Source of the DNA: a bacterium
GTDB taxonomy: Bacteria > UBA8248 > JACPRG01 > G963555815
Direction: 5' to 3'
Length of the DNA: 64,000 bases
Assembly (NCBI GenBank): GCA_965261595.1
Contig: CBDHDG010000007.1
Coordinates: forward strand, 1,056,001 to 1,120,000
The position numbers were made by a program, and so were the translations under genes. This document shows positions 36,753 to 46,749 of the stretch, piece after piece (position 1 is the stretch's first letter; every line of letters starts with the position of its first letter). The notes beneath the pieces are model-generated. The model was not told where the DNA came from and made no database searches. It saw nothing but the letters and a program-made list of their open reading frames with translations.

Positions 36753-37683
36753 ATGGCCCGCAAAGCTCCAGGAAAACACATATCGCTACTTGAAATCATG
36801 GAACTTTTCCCGGATGATGAGACTGCAAGGAAGTGGTTTGAGGAATGTCGCTGGCCTGACAAGCTCGTTGCCTGTTACTCTTGCGGCTCCATCAACGTCC
36901 AGTGTGGAGCGAAACACCCCACCATGACCCACCGTTGCCGAGATTGCAAGACGTTCTTCTCCGCGAAGTCCGGCACAGTCATGCACGGCTCCAAGCTGGG
37001 ATATCGGGTGTGGGCGATAGCGATCTATCTGCTCACAACGAACCTGAAGGGCGTGTCCAGCATGAAGCTGCACCGGGACTTGGGCGTCACACAAAAGACC
37101 GCCTGGCGCCTGGCGCACAGGCTCAGGAAGGCGTGGGCGGCAAACTCTGACCCGTTCTCAGGTCCGGTCGAAGTCGATGAAACATTCGTGGGCGGCAAGG
37201 AGAGAAACAAGCACGGCAACAAGAAGCTGAAAGCCGGACGCGGCCCTGTCGGGAAAACGGCAGTTATCGGAGCCAAGGACCGAAAGACCAACCAAGTGTC
37301 CGCCGTTGTTATCTCCGAGACGGACAAGGGGCACCTTGCAGGTCTTCATCCGTAACCGCGTCACGCGCGGGGCGAAGGTCTACACAGATGACAACCCGTC
37401 CTATTCCGGCATGGTGGACTTCGACCATGCGTCCGTGAAGCACAGCGTGGGCGAGTATGTGAGCGACCAGGCTCACACCAATGGCGTCGAGTCGTTCTGG
37501 TCGATGCTCAAGCGGGGCTACAACGGCACGTATCACAAGATGAGCGTGAAGCACCTAGGCCGCTATGTCGCGGAATTCGAGGGACGGCACAATCGCCGAG
37601 AGCTCGACACCCATGAGCAGATGAGGCTCATTGGCCGGAACCTGTTCGGAAAGCGGCTCCGGTATCAGGATCTGGTGGCATGA
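36753..37683 (+). pseudogene. IS1595-family transposase, frameshifted at GGGG 37328-37331
   Basis: CYSC/CRDC zinc ribbon, LGVTQKTAW HTH, VEVDETFVGG, YTDD, HTNGVESFW split over two frames. Confidence 0.9.
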
Positions 37684-38543
37684 GTTCGGATTTTGCACCT
37701 GCGGTGAATGCGACCGGTACTGGTCGCCGTATTGCATCCAAGAAGCAAAAACGGCTGATCGCCTTCGGCTGGTATGGTGGAAAATTCTCGCATTTGGACT
37801 TTCTTACCCCACTGATACCCAGAGACGCTTCACACTTCTGCGATGTTTTCGGTGGATCGGCTGCCGTCCTGATGAATGTCGGCCCCTATCCGGTCGAGAC
37901 CTATAACGACATTGACTCGGAACTTGTGAACTTCTTCGAGACACTTCGCAATCAAGGTTCGAAACTCATCAAGGCGATTGGGCTGACCCCGTTTTCTAGG
38001 GGAGAACTAGCCCGAGCATGTGAGCCAACAACAGGCTTAACGCGTTTGGAACGTGCACGGCGGTTCTACATCCGGGCGCGGCAAACGCGAACTGGTCTGG
38101 CACAGACCAGCAGCAAGGGGCGATGGGCCCATTGCGTTCTGACATCGCGTGCTGGTATGGCGGGTGCGGTTTCACGATGGCTCGGTTCTGTTGATAAACT
38201 TCCAGAAATCGCACAACGCTTGCAGCGAGTGCAGATCGAGAATTCTCCAGCTATCGATGTCATCCAAAGGTACGATACCCCCGAGACCGTCTTCTACTTG
38301 GATCCACCCTATGTCCATGGCGCTCGCGGGGATATAGCGGCATACGGCTACGAGATGACCGATAATCATCACACTGAGCTGGCGACCGTTTTGCACTCGA
38401 TTCGTGGTCGCGCCGTTATCTCCGGATATCGGACGGAGTTATATGACGACATGTATTCCGATTGGAAACGCGTCGATGCGGAAGAGCGCATTTGTCATTC
38501 CGTCAGGCAACTGCGCCAAGAATCCGCGTGGCTGAACTTCTGA
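37680..38543 (+). CDS. Dam-family (D12 class) N6-adenine DNA methyltransferase
   Basis: WYGGK, DVFGGSAAV (motif I), YND, FYLDPPY (motif IV); ATGA overlap with the transposase stop. Confidence 0.92.
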   Translation: MSSDFAPAVNATGTGRRIASKKQKRLIAFGWYGGKFSHLDFLTPLIPRDASHFCDVFGGSAAVLMNVGPYPVETYNDIDSELVNFFETLRNQGSKLIKAIGLTPFSRGELARACEPTTGLTRLERARRFYIRARQTRTGLAQTSSKGRWAHCVLTSRAGMAGAVSRWLGSVDKLPEIAQRLQRVQIENSPAIDVIQRYDTPETVFYLDPPYVHGARGDIAAYGYEMTDNHHTELATVLHSIRGRAVISGYRTELYDDMYSDWKRVDAEERICHSVRQLRQESAWLNF

Positions 38544-38546
38544 TCG

Positions 38547-39032
38547 ATGGACAATACGGAAGTCCGTCGATGGCTCGATGACGCTTGGCACAAAGTGCTG
38601 GAAACAGGCGCAGCCGATTCCGACCCAATAAGTGACCGATTAGTGAATTCCACTGTTGTATCAATCCGATACGCCGTCATAACTCAACTTCTCGGTAAGA
38701 TAGCAGACCCATGCCGAAGCCTGATGTATCTACAGAGCGGCGATCAGAATGCTGGCGCGTGGAACGCTAGGAGTTTCTGCGATTCGGTTGTCGTCCCATG
38801 GGTGAGCGAAAATCACGATGTTCTAGGGACAAGCGCCGAGCCCTATGCCAGCAAACCTCTGCGCCGACCTTGGTTGGAACGAGACATGCCCAATGTGAGA
38901 GACAAGGCCGAGTGGACGGCACTTTTCGACTTCTTCGACCCCATTGATCAATCCGTACCTGATGATTTGGAGAAGGCTTTTATTCAATGCCTCGAGAGCG
39001 TAGCGCGTCGTTTGGCCAAGCAATCCTTTAAA
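38547..39032 (+). pseudogene. Putative SacI-family restriction endonuclease, 3'-truncated by IS1380
   Basis: Starts 3 nt after the MTase; RYAVITQLLGK, AWNARSFCDSVVVPW, LGTSAEPYASKPLRR resemble the RE_SacI family as recalled; reads into an IS end at 39033. Confidence 0.6.
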
Positions 39033-39641
39033 CCCAGATATCCCATATGGATCATAACTTTTGTCGGACCGGAGGACATTTTCTGGAGTAAAATCAATGC
39101 ATGAGCCTCCCCGAGCCATCCTCTCGCGGGGTAATCCAATGGGTGAAGCGAAAAAGTGGGCGTTGAAGGTCCGTTTTGAGCGTCGGCTGAGGCTTGAGTT
39201 TCACGGAACCAGAATGACTTCGGATGCGGGATTGCTGGCCTGCCGAGAGGGATCAAGCACTGGTCGTTACGCGGCCTTCAGCTTAAGCTCCTCAAAATGG
39301 GCGGCCGGCTCGTGCGGTACGCCCGCCACATCACCTTCCAGTTGGCCGAGGTCGGTGTATCCAGGAAGACATTTGCCCTTATCTTGGAGAGAATCAAGCG
39401 ATGATGCCCGGTGCCTGTCTAGCGACCCTAAGCGGAGTCCACACAAGGGCAAAATGACGAAGACTCCAAACCTGGTGGTCAAGCCCGTTTACACGCCGGC
39501 GCTGACATGGTTTTCCAATGGCGGATACCGCTCCGATCAGGGTTTCAGGCGCCCGAAATGGTGTTGACAGCCCCGGTAAAGAGGGCTCTAATTGAGTTAA
39601 AGAGCAACGGGTGGTCAATACAAGAGTTGTCTTGATTTAAA
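39033..39641 (+). mobile_element. Internally deleted IS1380-family element
   Basis: End CCCAGATATCCCATATG; N-terminus MGEAKK...EFHGTRMTSDAGLLACRE joined at about 39249 to C-terminus IKHWSLRGLQLKLLKMGGRLVRYARHITFQLAEV. Confidence 0.8.
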
Positions 39642-40192
39642 CCGGGATTTCCCAGATGACCACTCTTAGCCATCCTGCGGTCCTCCTGTGTCATCAAAGT
39701 ACCCCATTTTACTACAGATTCAGGGTCTCTTTGCAGAACCCTCTGCTCAATCGAGGGGCAACGGCCGTCCTAAAGCCGCAATCCCTTGAAAACCCAGCTC
39801 TACCGGCACACTCAGGGGAGTTCGGCACAGACTGATCCCCCGTCTCCACCACGTCACTAAGCTTCCGGGCCATCTGCTCCGTCATCCGGTATCTGGTACG
39901 GGAGGCGGTAACCACAACCGTCGAATTCGTTCAAGGATTGCCCTGAACAGTTGACGCGGCACGGCCACCTCGGCCATCTGGAAGGTGGTGTGCCGGGCGT
40001 GGGTGACCACCTTGGCCCCAATCTTAATCAGCTTCTCGCGTAACGTCGTCAGCGACCAGTGCTTCACCGCTCTGGGCAACGCCAGCCGCCGCAGGAAGTT
40101 TGCCAGGTTGTACGCCAAGGCAAATAGTTGCAAGCGAACCTGGTTCTCTTCAAAGCCGTGGCAGGACAGGCGCGTCCAGTTCAGGGCGTACT
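39642..40192 (-). mobile_element. IS1380-family element, 3' part only
   Basis: End CCGGGATTTCCCAGATG; KYALNWTRLSCH...LQLFALAYNLANFLRR...LREKLIKIGAKVV; cut by IS3 at 40193. Confidence 0.85.
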
Positions 40193-40238
40193 TGGACCGC
40201 CCCTGGGTTATTGGACACTCGGGTGAGGGTATTCGACC

Positions 40239-41147
40239 TCATGCGGCCTCCGCAACTTGAGCGAGTTTTTCCTGCCTTGCCTGGGCCGGCGTTCGGTAGC
40301 CGTAGCCCTCGAGAATCCAATGATGGTTGTACAGGTTCTTGAACTCAAGCAGCGCCCACCGCAGTTCCTCTACGGTGGCGAAAGAGCGCACCCACAGGAG
40401 ATTCTCCTTCAAGATGCGGATGAACCACTCACAGTAGCCATTTCCCTCGGGCGCCCGCACGAAGCTGGGCGAACTGGTCATGCCCAGGTAGGCGATCTCC
40501 CGCTGAAAGTCATCGGACAGATAGGCGGGGCCGTGGTCGTGACGAACTTTAAGCCCCTCGGCGACGTCCGCCTCCAAGCCGGCGAAGCGCTCGGCGACCC
40601 CCTGCCGGATCGGCTCCAGGGCCTCGAAGCGGTTGCCGCTCTTGGCCGCATGGATCCCCACGCAGTCCACCGAACAGTGATCCACCGCCACGAACACCGA
40701 GGCCATCCCCTCCTCGGTGGTCACCGTCGTCGTCATGTCCGTGCCCCACATTCGGTCGGGCCGCTCGGTGCGGATGGTCCCGTTGTGGGCCTTGGGACCT
40801 CGGGGTTTGCCCACCCGGTGGGGGGCCTGAAGCCCCGCCTCCCGCATCAGGCGACGCACCCGCTCCTTGCTGGTGCGGATGCCCGCGAAGCGCAGCCTCG
40901 CCCACACCTTGCGGTAGCCCTCGCCATGGAAGGGAGAGTCCTCCAGGACCTGCCGGATGTGGCCGAGGAGTTCCGCATCGGTGCACGGGCCCACAGGGCC
41001 GCGCTTATTGGGCGTGGGGCGTTCATGAACGGGGACCGCCTCTCGCCGCCGTTGCGCGTAGACCGTGGAGCGCGCCAAGCCCCAAAGGGCGCACACCCGC
41101 TTCAGGCCGTAGGCTCTGCCCGTGGAGGTGAAGCGGGCCTGACTCAT
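40239..41147 (-). CDS. IS3 transposase OrfB
   Basis: EGYRKVWARL, WGTDMT, RHDHGPAY, PEGNG; ATGA overlap with the orfA stop. Confidence 0.88.
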   Translation of the reverse strand: MSQARFTSTGRAYGLKRVCALWGLARSTVYAQRRREAVPVHERPTPNKRGPVGPCTDAELLGHIRQVLEDSPFHGEGYRKVWARLRFAGIRTSKERVRRLMREAGLQAPHRVGKPRGPKAHNGTIRTERPDRMWGTDMTTTVTTEEGMASVFVAVDHCSVDCVGIHAAKSGNRFEALEPIRQGVAERFAGLEADVAEGLKVRHDHGPAYLSDDFQREIAYLGMTSSPSFVRAPEGNGYCEWFIRILKENLLWVRSFATVEELRWALLEFKNLYNHHWILEGYGYRTPAQARQEKLAQVAEAA

Positions 41148-41530
41148 CGCCTCCACCTCCTGCCGGCTAAAGGGCGGCCGGCCTCCAGGCGGTCGATCTT
41201 CTCCCGCAGGACCTCGCCCTCCATCGTGAGTTCGCCCACCTTGGCCTTGAGCCGGGCGTTCTCCTCGGCCCGCTCATCCGCCGGGCGAGCTTTGAGCGCC
41301 GCCTCGCCCCCGCGAAGGAACGCCTCGCGCCAGGCGGAAAGCCGAGCCGCTGTCGTGCCCAACTCGCGGCAGAGCGTCTCCAGGCTCTCGCCCCGCAAAA
41401 GACGCAGGACCGCCTCCCGCTTGCGCTGGCAGGAGAACCGACCCCGCTCACTGCGATGCCCTGGGGCCTTGGCTCCGTTCGCCCTGCGGGCGCCCTCCGC
41501 CAAAGCCCCCTCTTGCTTTTGTTCGTTCAT
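41144..41530 (-). CDS. IS3 transposase OrfA
   Basis: RKREAVLRLLRGESLETLCRELG...ENARLKAKVGELTME. Confidence 0.85.
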   Translation of the reverse strand: MNEQKQEGALAEGARRANGAKAPGHRSERGRFSCQRKREAVLRLLRGESLETLCRELGTTAARLSAWREAFLRGGEAALKARPADERAEENARLKAKVGELTMEGEVLREKIDRLEAGRPLAGRRWRR

Positions 41531-41732
41531 CGCGACACCCCTTTCTCCATGAATCATGGATCAATCGAGTGTCCAACAAAACCCTAGAGCGGGGGACACC
41601 CGCCTATCTTCTAGCTTGATGGCGCCTTTCATCTCTCCATGTCCACAGCAACTAAACGTGGTGCGGATCCCTCCGGCATTAAGAGCCGCGACGATTTGGT
41701 GAATACAAAAGTCAATACATTGCACACGACCG

Positions 41733-43175
41733 GAGCCTGTCCCATTCATAGTTGAAGGTTGAGAAAAAGAGGTGGCGGTTCACTCCTGCCGACTCGGTTA
41801 GAATCGGGTTGGCAAACATTCAAAGAGGAGGAACCGCCATGAGTGAAGCTTACCAGATCATCGAGAAGAAAGAGACCCAAAGGTTGGCCGCCTTTGTGGC
41901 GGAGCACGGGCAGGCGTTTTTTCCTCTGGTGTCGCTGGTGGAGCAGTCCCAACTGGCGGTGGAGGACCTGATGGACGTCATGGGCCGGGCGGGCCTGGAG
42001 GCCGTGCTTTTGCTGTCGGCCAAGGGCTTGACGGGCGCGCCGCATCCAGGCAAGCGGGGTGGCGAGGTCCGCCGGCACGGCAGCCAGGGGGGCCGGGTGA
42101 CCCTGAAGGGGCGCAAGCTGAAGGTGAGAAAGCCGCGGCTTCGCCGCCGGGGCCAGGGTCGGGGCGGGGAGGTGGAGGTGCCGGCGTATGCGGCCATGCA
42201 GGCCGACCCCGGGCTGGGGGAGCGGATGCTGGATTTGCTGATGCGAGGGGTCTCGACGCGGAACTACGCGGCCGTTCTTCCCGAGCTGGCCGAGACGGTG
42301 GGGGTGTCGAAGTCGGCCGTGAGCCGGGAGAGCATCGAGGCGGCCGAGGCGAAGCTGCGGCGTCTTTGTGAGCGGCGTTTTGACGACATCGACCTCCTCA
42401 TCCTCTACCTGGACGGTCTGCGCTTCGGCGCGCATCACGTCATCGTGGCCGTTGGGGTGGACACACGGGGCCAAAAGCACGTTCTGGGCCTGAGGTCGGG
42501 CGCCACCGAGAACGCCACGGTCGTGACGGCGCTTCTTGAGGAGTTGGTGGAGCGCGGCGTGCGGCCCGGGCGGCGTCGGCTTTTTGTCATCGACGGCTCG
42601 AGGGCGCTTCGTGCGGCGATTGACCGGGTGTACGGGGACGACAATCCGGTGCAGCGGTGCCGCAACCACAAGGTGAAGAACGTGATGGACCACCTGCCCG
42701 AGGAGTTGAAGGATCCGGTGAAGGCGACGATGAAGGCGGCCTGGCGGCTGGCGCCGAAGGAGGGGATTGCCCGTCTGCGCAAGCAGGCCCGGTGGCTTCA
42801 GATCGAGCATCCGGACGCGGCCGCCAGCCTTTTGGAGGGTCTGGAGGAGATCTTCACCGTCAACCGCTTGGCTCTTCCGCCCGGCCTTCGGCGCTGCCTG
42901 GTGAGCACGAACCTGATCGAGAGTCCCTGTTCGGGGGTGCGGATGCGCACCCGGCGCGTCGGCCGCTGGCGGGACGGGGCGATGGTGAAAAGGTGGGCCG
43001 CTTCCGCCTTCCTCGCCACCGAGAAGAACTTCCGTCGCCTGGACGGCTACCGGGACCTGTGGATCCTGAAGGCCGTTCTGGACGAGCCCCGCTTTGACAC
43101 CCGAGAGGAGGTCGCATAAGGTGAACCACACACGGACCGCCGCCTCAAACCTTCAACTGAATTCGGGACACCCTC
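41733..43175 (+). mobile_element. IS256-family insertion sequence, 1443 bp, intact
   Basis: Inverted ends GAGCCTGTCCCATTCATAGTTGAAGGTT / GAGGGTGTCCCGAATTCAGTTGAAGGTT; 8-bp TSD CACGACCG at 41725-41732 and 43176-43183. Confidence 0.93.
41839..43119 (+). CDS. IS256 (mutator-type) transposase
   Basis: GVSTRNY, VSKSAVSR, LYLDG, VIDGS, QRCRNHK, STNLIES; GAGGAGG RBS. Confidence 0.93.
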   Translation: MSEAYQIIEKKETQRLAAFVAEHGQAFFPLVSLVEQSQLAVEDLMDVMGRAGLEAVLLLSAKGLTGAPHPGKRGGEVRRHGSQGGRVTLKGRKLKVRKPRLRRRGQGRGGEVEVPAYAAMQADPGLGERMLDLLMRGVSTRNYAAVLPELAETVGVSKSAVSRESIEAAEAKLRRLCERRFDDIDLLILYLDGLRFGAHHVIVAVGVDTRGQKHVLGLRSGATENATVVTALLEELVERGVRPGRRRLFVIDGSRALRAAIDRVYGDDNPVQRCRNHKVKNVMDHLPEELKDPVKATMKAAWRLAPKEGIARLRKQARWLQIEHPDAAASLLEGLEEIFTVNRLALPPGLRRCLVSTNLIESPCSGVRMRTRRVGRWRDGAMVKRWAASAFLATEKNFRRLDGYRDLWILKAVLDEPRFDTREEVA

Positions 43176-43277
43176 CACGACCGTTGAGTGGCATGCAAAC
43201 CTGATTTTGCAGTGTCTTTTCCCCACCCGGAGAATCGCAATGTTGACAGGCTGCTATGTTACTTTGCGACATAATTC

Positions 43278-43937
43278 CCCATCGAATACTTCGCCGACCT
43301 GGGCGTCCTGGACAGGAACGTCCACCTGATCCACATGGTCGATGTGAGCGACCGGGAAGTGGACCTTCTGGCCGAGCACGACGTCAAAATCGCGAACTGC
43401 ACCGCGACCGGCCTCAGTCTCGGATATGGCCTGACCCCCCTGGGCAAGTTCCCCGAGATGATCGACAAGGGGGTCTGCGTCGCCCTGGGGTGCGACGGGG
43501 CCAACTGCTCCAACTATTTCGACATGGTCCGGGTGATGTACCTCGCGGCGGGCCTCTACACGGACGCCCGGACGGAGCGAAGCCTCATCCCGGGAGAGAA
43601 GGCGATCGAGATGGGCACGATCGACGGGGCGAGGGCGATGCTCATGGAAGACGAGATCGGCTCGCTCGAAGCGGGCAAGAAGGCCGACATCATCCTCTTC
43701 GACCGCCGGCGGCCCGAGTGGGTCCCCATGCTGAACGTCGTCAACAACCTCGTCTACTCGGCTGACGGAAAGAGCGTGGATACGGTCATCATCGACGGCG
43801 AGATCGTGGTCGAGGGCGGGAAGCTGATGACGCTGGACGAGTTCGCCGTCTACGACGCGATGGAGAAGGTGGACTGGGCGCGGATCATCGAGGATCGGAC
43901 GGGGATTCCGCTCAAAACCCGGTGGCCCGTGATCTGA
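43278..43937 (+). pseudogene. Amidohydrolase/deaminase (MtaD/AtzA-like), 5'-truncated at the IS1595 right end
   Basis: Frame opens at PIEYFADLGVLD; HMV, VALGCDG, GSLEAGKKADII, VDTVIIDG; N-terminal HxH part missing. Confidence 0.8.
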
Positions 43938-43946
43938 AGCCGGAGG

Positions 43947-44561
43947 CTATGGCCGGCGCCGGCTCTCTCGAAGCCCGCGAAACTGATGAGCGAATTCCAC
44001 GAGCTCATCGGCGAAGTGGCCCACGCGCTCCTTGATCGGCTCGGAAGCGAGCGCGTATCCCTCCCCCTCCCCCTCCTCCTCCCCCTCCCCCGCATTTTGA
44101 TAGTCTTCGGCGGTGGTGCAGACGTTTGTCGTGAGCGCAACGCCGAGCAGCCCGCGGACAACGATTCTCAGGTGGTCGACCGCCTGCGTGGTCCGGTCGC
44201 CGCCGTGGCCCATCAAGCCGACAGGCTTATACGAGAAATGGGGGATGGTCAGGGTGTCCAGGGCGTTTTTGAGCACGCCCGAATAGGAATTGTGGTACAC
44301 CGGCGAAGCCCAGATGAATCCGTCGCAGGCGTCGGCCGTCTCCGCCAGCCGCTGGACAACAGGATCGGGATGGCGCCGGGGGTCGGCGTGATAGGCCGGG
44401 TCGGTGATGGGCAGAGGGGCCTCCCGAAAATCCCAGAGGACAACGCGCGCGCCCCGTTCGCTCAAAGCCCCTTCCACGAACCGCGAGAGGGCGAACGTGT
44501 GGGAGGGACGACGGACGCTGCCGCTGAGTATGAGAATCTGCAGGGAGTCGGACACGTTCAT
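43947..44561 (-). CDS. NADPH-dependent FMN reductase
   Basis: LSGSVRRPS, SPVYHNSYSGVLKNALD, KPVGL. Confidence 0.9.
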   Translation of the reverse strand: MNVSDSLQILILSGSVRRPSHTFALSRFVEGALSERGARVVLWDFREAPLPITDPAYHADPRRHPDPVVQRLAETADACDGFIWASPVYHNSYSGVLKNALDTLTIPHFSYKPVGLMGHGGDRTTQAVDHLRIVVRGLLGVALTTNVCTTAEDYQNAGEGEEEGEGEGYALASEPIKERVGHFADELVEFAHQFRGLRESRRRP

Positions 44562-44910
44562 CAAAATCCGGGTCGGTCGGGAAGAAACACCTCCAAAAAC
44601 CAAGCGCCCATATTACGCCAAGGGACATCCCCGAACGCAAGGGAGTGGACGCGCCGGTCCGCGCAAAATCTATCCGGACCAACCCGAGGACTTCGACGCC
44701 GACGGCCATCCCCCTCCTATTTCCGTTGAATGAAGACGGCGCGGGAATGAATCGCTCATGCCCACCGGAGGAGTCCATCCAGGCGGATTTCCGAATGGGG
44801 CCGGGCCTCTCAGCCGATGATCCGGGCCGGTTGTGTCATAATCGGGAGGTTGGCGGGGCGGTCTTCCGGCGCGTCGCTTCTCCTCTCGTGGTCATAGGGT
44901 CTCCCTGGAA

Positions 44911-46065
44911 TTGTTGAAGCAGAACCGTTGGATTCTCCTTTCGGTCGCCTGGTTCGTCGCGATCAACTTGCGGGCGGGCTCCATCGCGGTCTCGCCGATC
45001 CTGCCGCTCATCAAAGCGGACCTGGCGCTCTCTTACGCGCAGACGGGTCTCCTCTTTGCCGTCCCCACCCTCCTGATGGCCGTATTTGGGCTGCCGGGCG
45101 GGATGCTCGCCGATTCGCTCGGGATGAAAAAGACGATCACCATCGGCCTGACGCTGATCCTGGCGGGGACCGCGCTGCGCGCCGCCACATCCGGATTCCT
45201 CGCGTTGACGATCTGGACGGCCGTTCTGGGCGCGGGGATGGGTATCGCGAACCCCGGCCTGACCCGGATGGTCAAGAACCGGTTCTCGGACATGCCGGGG
45301 ACCGCCACGGGCATCTTCACGAGCGGATTCATCACGGGCGCGACAGCGGCCTCCTGGCTGACGATTCCTTATTTGCTGAGTTGGACCGGGTCCTGGCGGG
45401 GAACGTTCATCGTCTGGAGCGGATTCGCGCTCCTGGCGTTGTTGGCATGGCAGATCCTAGCGAAGGAGGACAAGACCTCCGGAGGCGGCAGACCGGACCT
45501 TTCGGGAATCTGGCGGGATAAAACGGTCTGGAAGCTGAACATCATCTTCCTTTCCATGAACCTCAGTTTCTACGCCATCGCTTCCTGGATCCCCACCTAC
45601 TACCAGGAATTGGGCAAGAGCCTGGAATACGGGGCCTTGATCCTGACCACCTTTCTGATCACGGGCCTGCCGTCCAGCCTGGTGGTGCCCTACCTGACGG
45701 ACAGGATCAGCGGAAAAAAGTGGGGCCTGATCATTTCGTGTCTCACTTTTCTTCCGACGATCTTTGTGTTGATGTTCTTTCCGTTGGCCGCGCCCTTCGC
45801 GCTGGCGGCCGTCATGGGGATCACGTCGACGGGAATCTTCGCCCTGAGCTTCGTGCTTCCACTGTATTACGTGGATGCTTCCAAGGTGGGCAGCGTCGCG
45901 GGGATGAACCTGCTGGTCGGCTACGGCGGATCCTTCATCGGCCCGTTCACCTTGGGCCTCGTCCACGATCTGACGGGAAGCTTCGTGGCGGGCTGGCTCA
46001 TCGTCGTGGCGATCCTCGCCGTGCTGATGGCGGTGGCTTGGTCGCTTCCGAAGAAGACCTATTGA
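44911..46065 (+). CDS. MFS transporter, CynX/NimT-like (paralog of 35308-36480)
   Basis: AINLR, SPILPLIKADL, IWRDKTVWKLNIIFLS shared with the paralog. Confidence 0.85.
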   Translation: MLKQNRWILLSVAWFVAINLRAGSIAVSPILPLIKADLALSYAQTGLLFAVPTLLMAVFGLPGGMLADSLGMKKTITIGLTLILAGTALRAATSGFLALTIWTAVLGAGMGIANPGLTRMVKNRFSDMPGTATGIFTSGFITGATAASWLTIPYLLSWTGSWRGTFIVWSGFALLALLAWQILAKEDKTSGGGRPDLSGIWRDKTVWKLNIIFLSMNLSFYAIASWIPTYYQELGKSLEYGALILTTFLITGLPSSLVVPYLTDRISGKKWGLIISCLTFLPTIFVLMFFPLAAPFALAAVMGITSTGIFALSFVLPLYYVDASKVGSVAGMNLLVGYGGSFIGPFTLGLVHDLTGSFVAGWLIVVAILAVLMAVAWSLPKKTY

Positions 46066-46158
46066 CGCCAAGGGATCCCGCCCTTCATTTCCCATCAGCC
46101 AAAAAAAGAGGCCGTAGGGTCCCGTTCCCGCCCGCCTCTGTTTGGATCCTCCGGGATT

Positions 46159-46749
46159 CTACTTGGGGTTCTCCTGAATCCATCGCGTGAAGTTCGCGCG
46201 CATTTCCAGCGGGCGGGGGGGCTGCACGCCCAGGTTTTCAACCTGCTCCGGCGTCTCGCGCTTCACGCGCAGGTTGATGTAGCCGAGCCGGCCGGATTCG
46301 AGCATCCGGTCCAAGGCCGCGTCGAAGCCGTCGAGCGTATCCGCCGTCGCCGTCTGGGGAAACCGGGCGGCCCGGGCGAAGTCTTCCAGGTTGACTTCGG
46401 GCGCGGGCAGGGGCTGGCGGCCGCCCGTGATGTACCAGCCGTTGAAGAAGGTCACCACCAGGAGGTTGGGTGGGGCCTTGGCGGCGGCGGTGACGAGGGT
46501 CTCCAATTTCATGAGCAGGCCGCCGTCGCCTTCCAGGACGATGACCGACTTGTCCGGCCGCGCCACCGCCATGCCCAGGGCGATGGAGATGTTCAGCCCC
46601 ATGAAGTCGTTCAGGATGAAGTTGGGCCCCTGGGGGCGGACCTTGGAGATCATCCTGGCGGACGACCCGAGATAGCTGCAGATGATGCGGCCTTCGGCCT
46701 TGGGGACCAGCCGTTCGAGGTACGCTTGACGCATGGGCAGGCGGGTCAT
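46159..46749 (-). CDS. ThDP-binding subunit, sulfopyruvate/phosphonopyruvate decarboxylase beta-like (ComE-like)
   Basis: MGLNISIALGMA...VIVLEGDGGLLM...N..Y..GGRQP; ATGA overlap with the alpha subunit. Confidence 0.75.
   Translation of the reverse strand: MTRLPMRQAYLERLVPKAEGRIICSYLGSSARMISKVRPQGPNFILNDFMGLNISIALGMAVARPDKSVIVLEGDGGLLMKLETLVTAAAKAPPNLLVVTFFNGWYITGGRQPLPAPEVNLEDFARAARFPQTATADTLDGFDAALDRMLESGRLGYINLRVKRETPEQVENLGVQPPRPLEMRANFTRWIQENPK

Larger units (their letters stand above)
40193..41598 (-). mobile_element. IS3-family insertion sequence
   Basis: Imperfect inverted ends sharing GGGTT..TTGGACACTC; orfA and orfB; no target duplication. Confidence 0.85.
41599..43272 (-). pseudogene. 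Small Cys-rich cargo ORF split by IS256 and truncated by IS3
   Basis: Removing IS256 and one TSD copy gives the open frame MSQSNIAACQHCDSPGGEKTLQNQVCMPLNGRVQCIDFCIHQIVAALNAGGIRTTFSCCGHGEMKGAIKLEDRR. Confidence 0.65.
36658..43279 (+). mobile_element. IS1595-family transposon carrying passenger genes
   Basis: Perfect 24-bp TIRs GGGAATTATGTCGCAAAGTAACAT at 36658-36681 and 43256-43279; IS1595 transposase just inside the left TIR. Confidence 0.88.
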
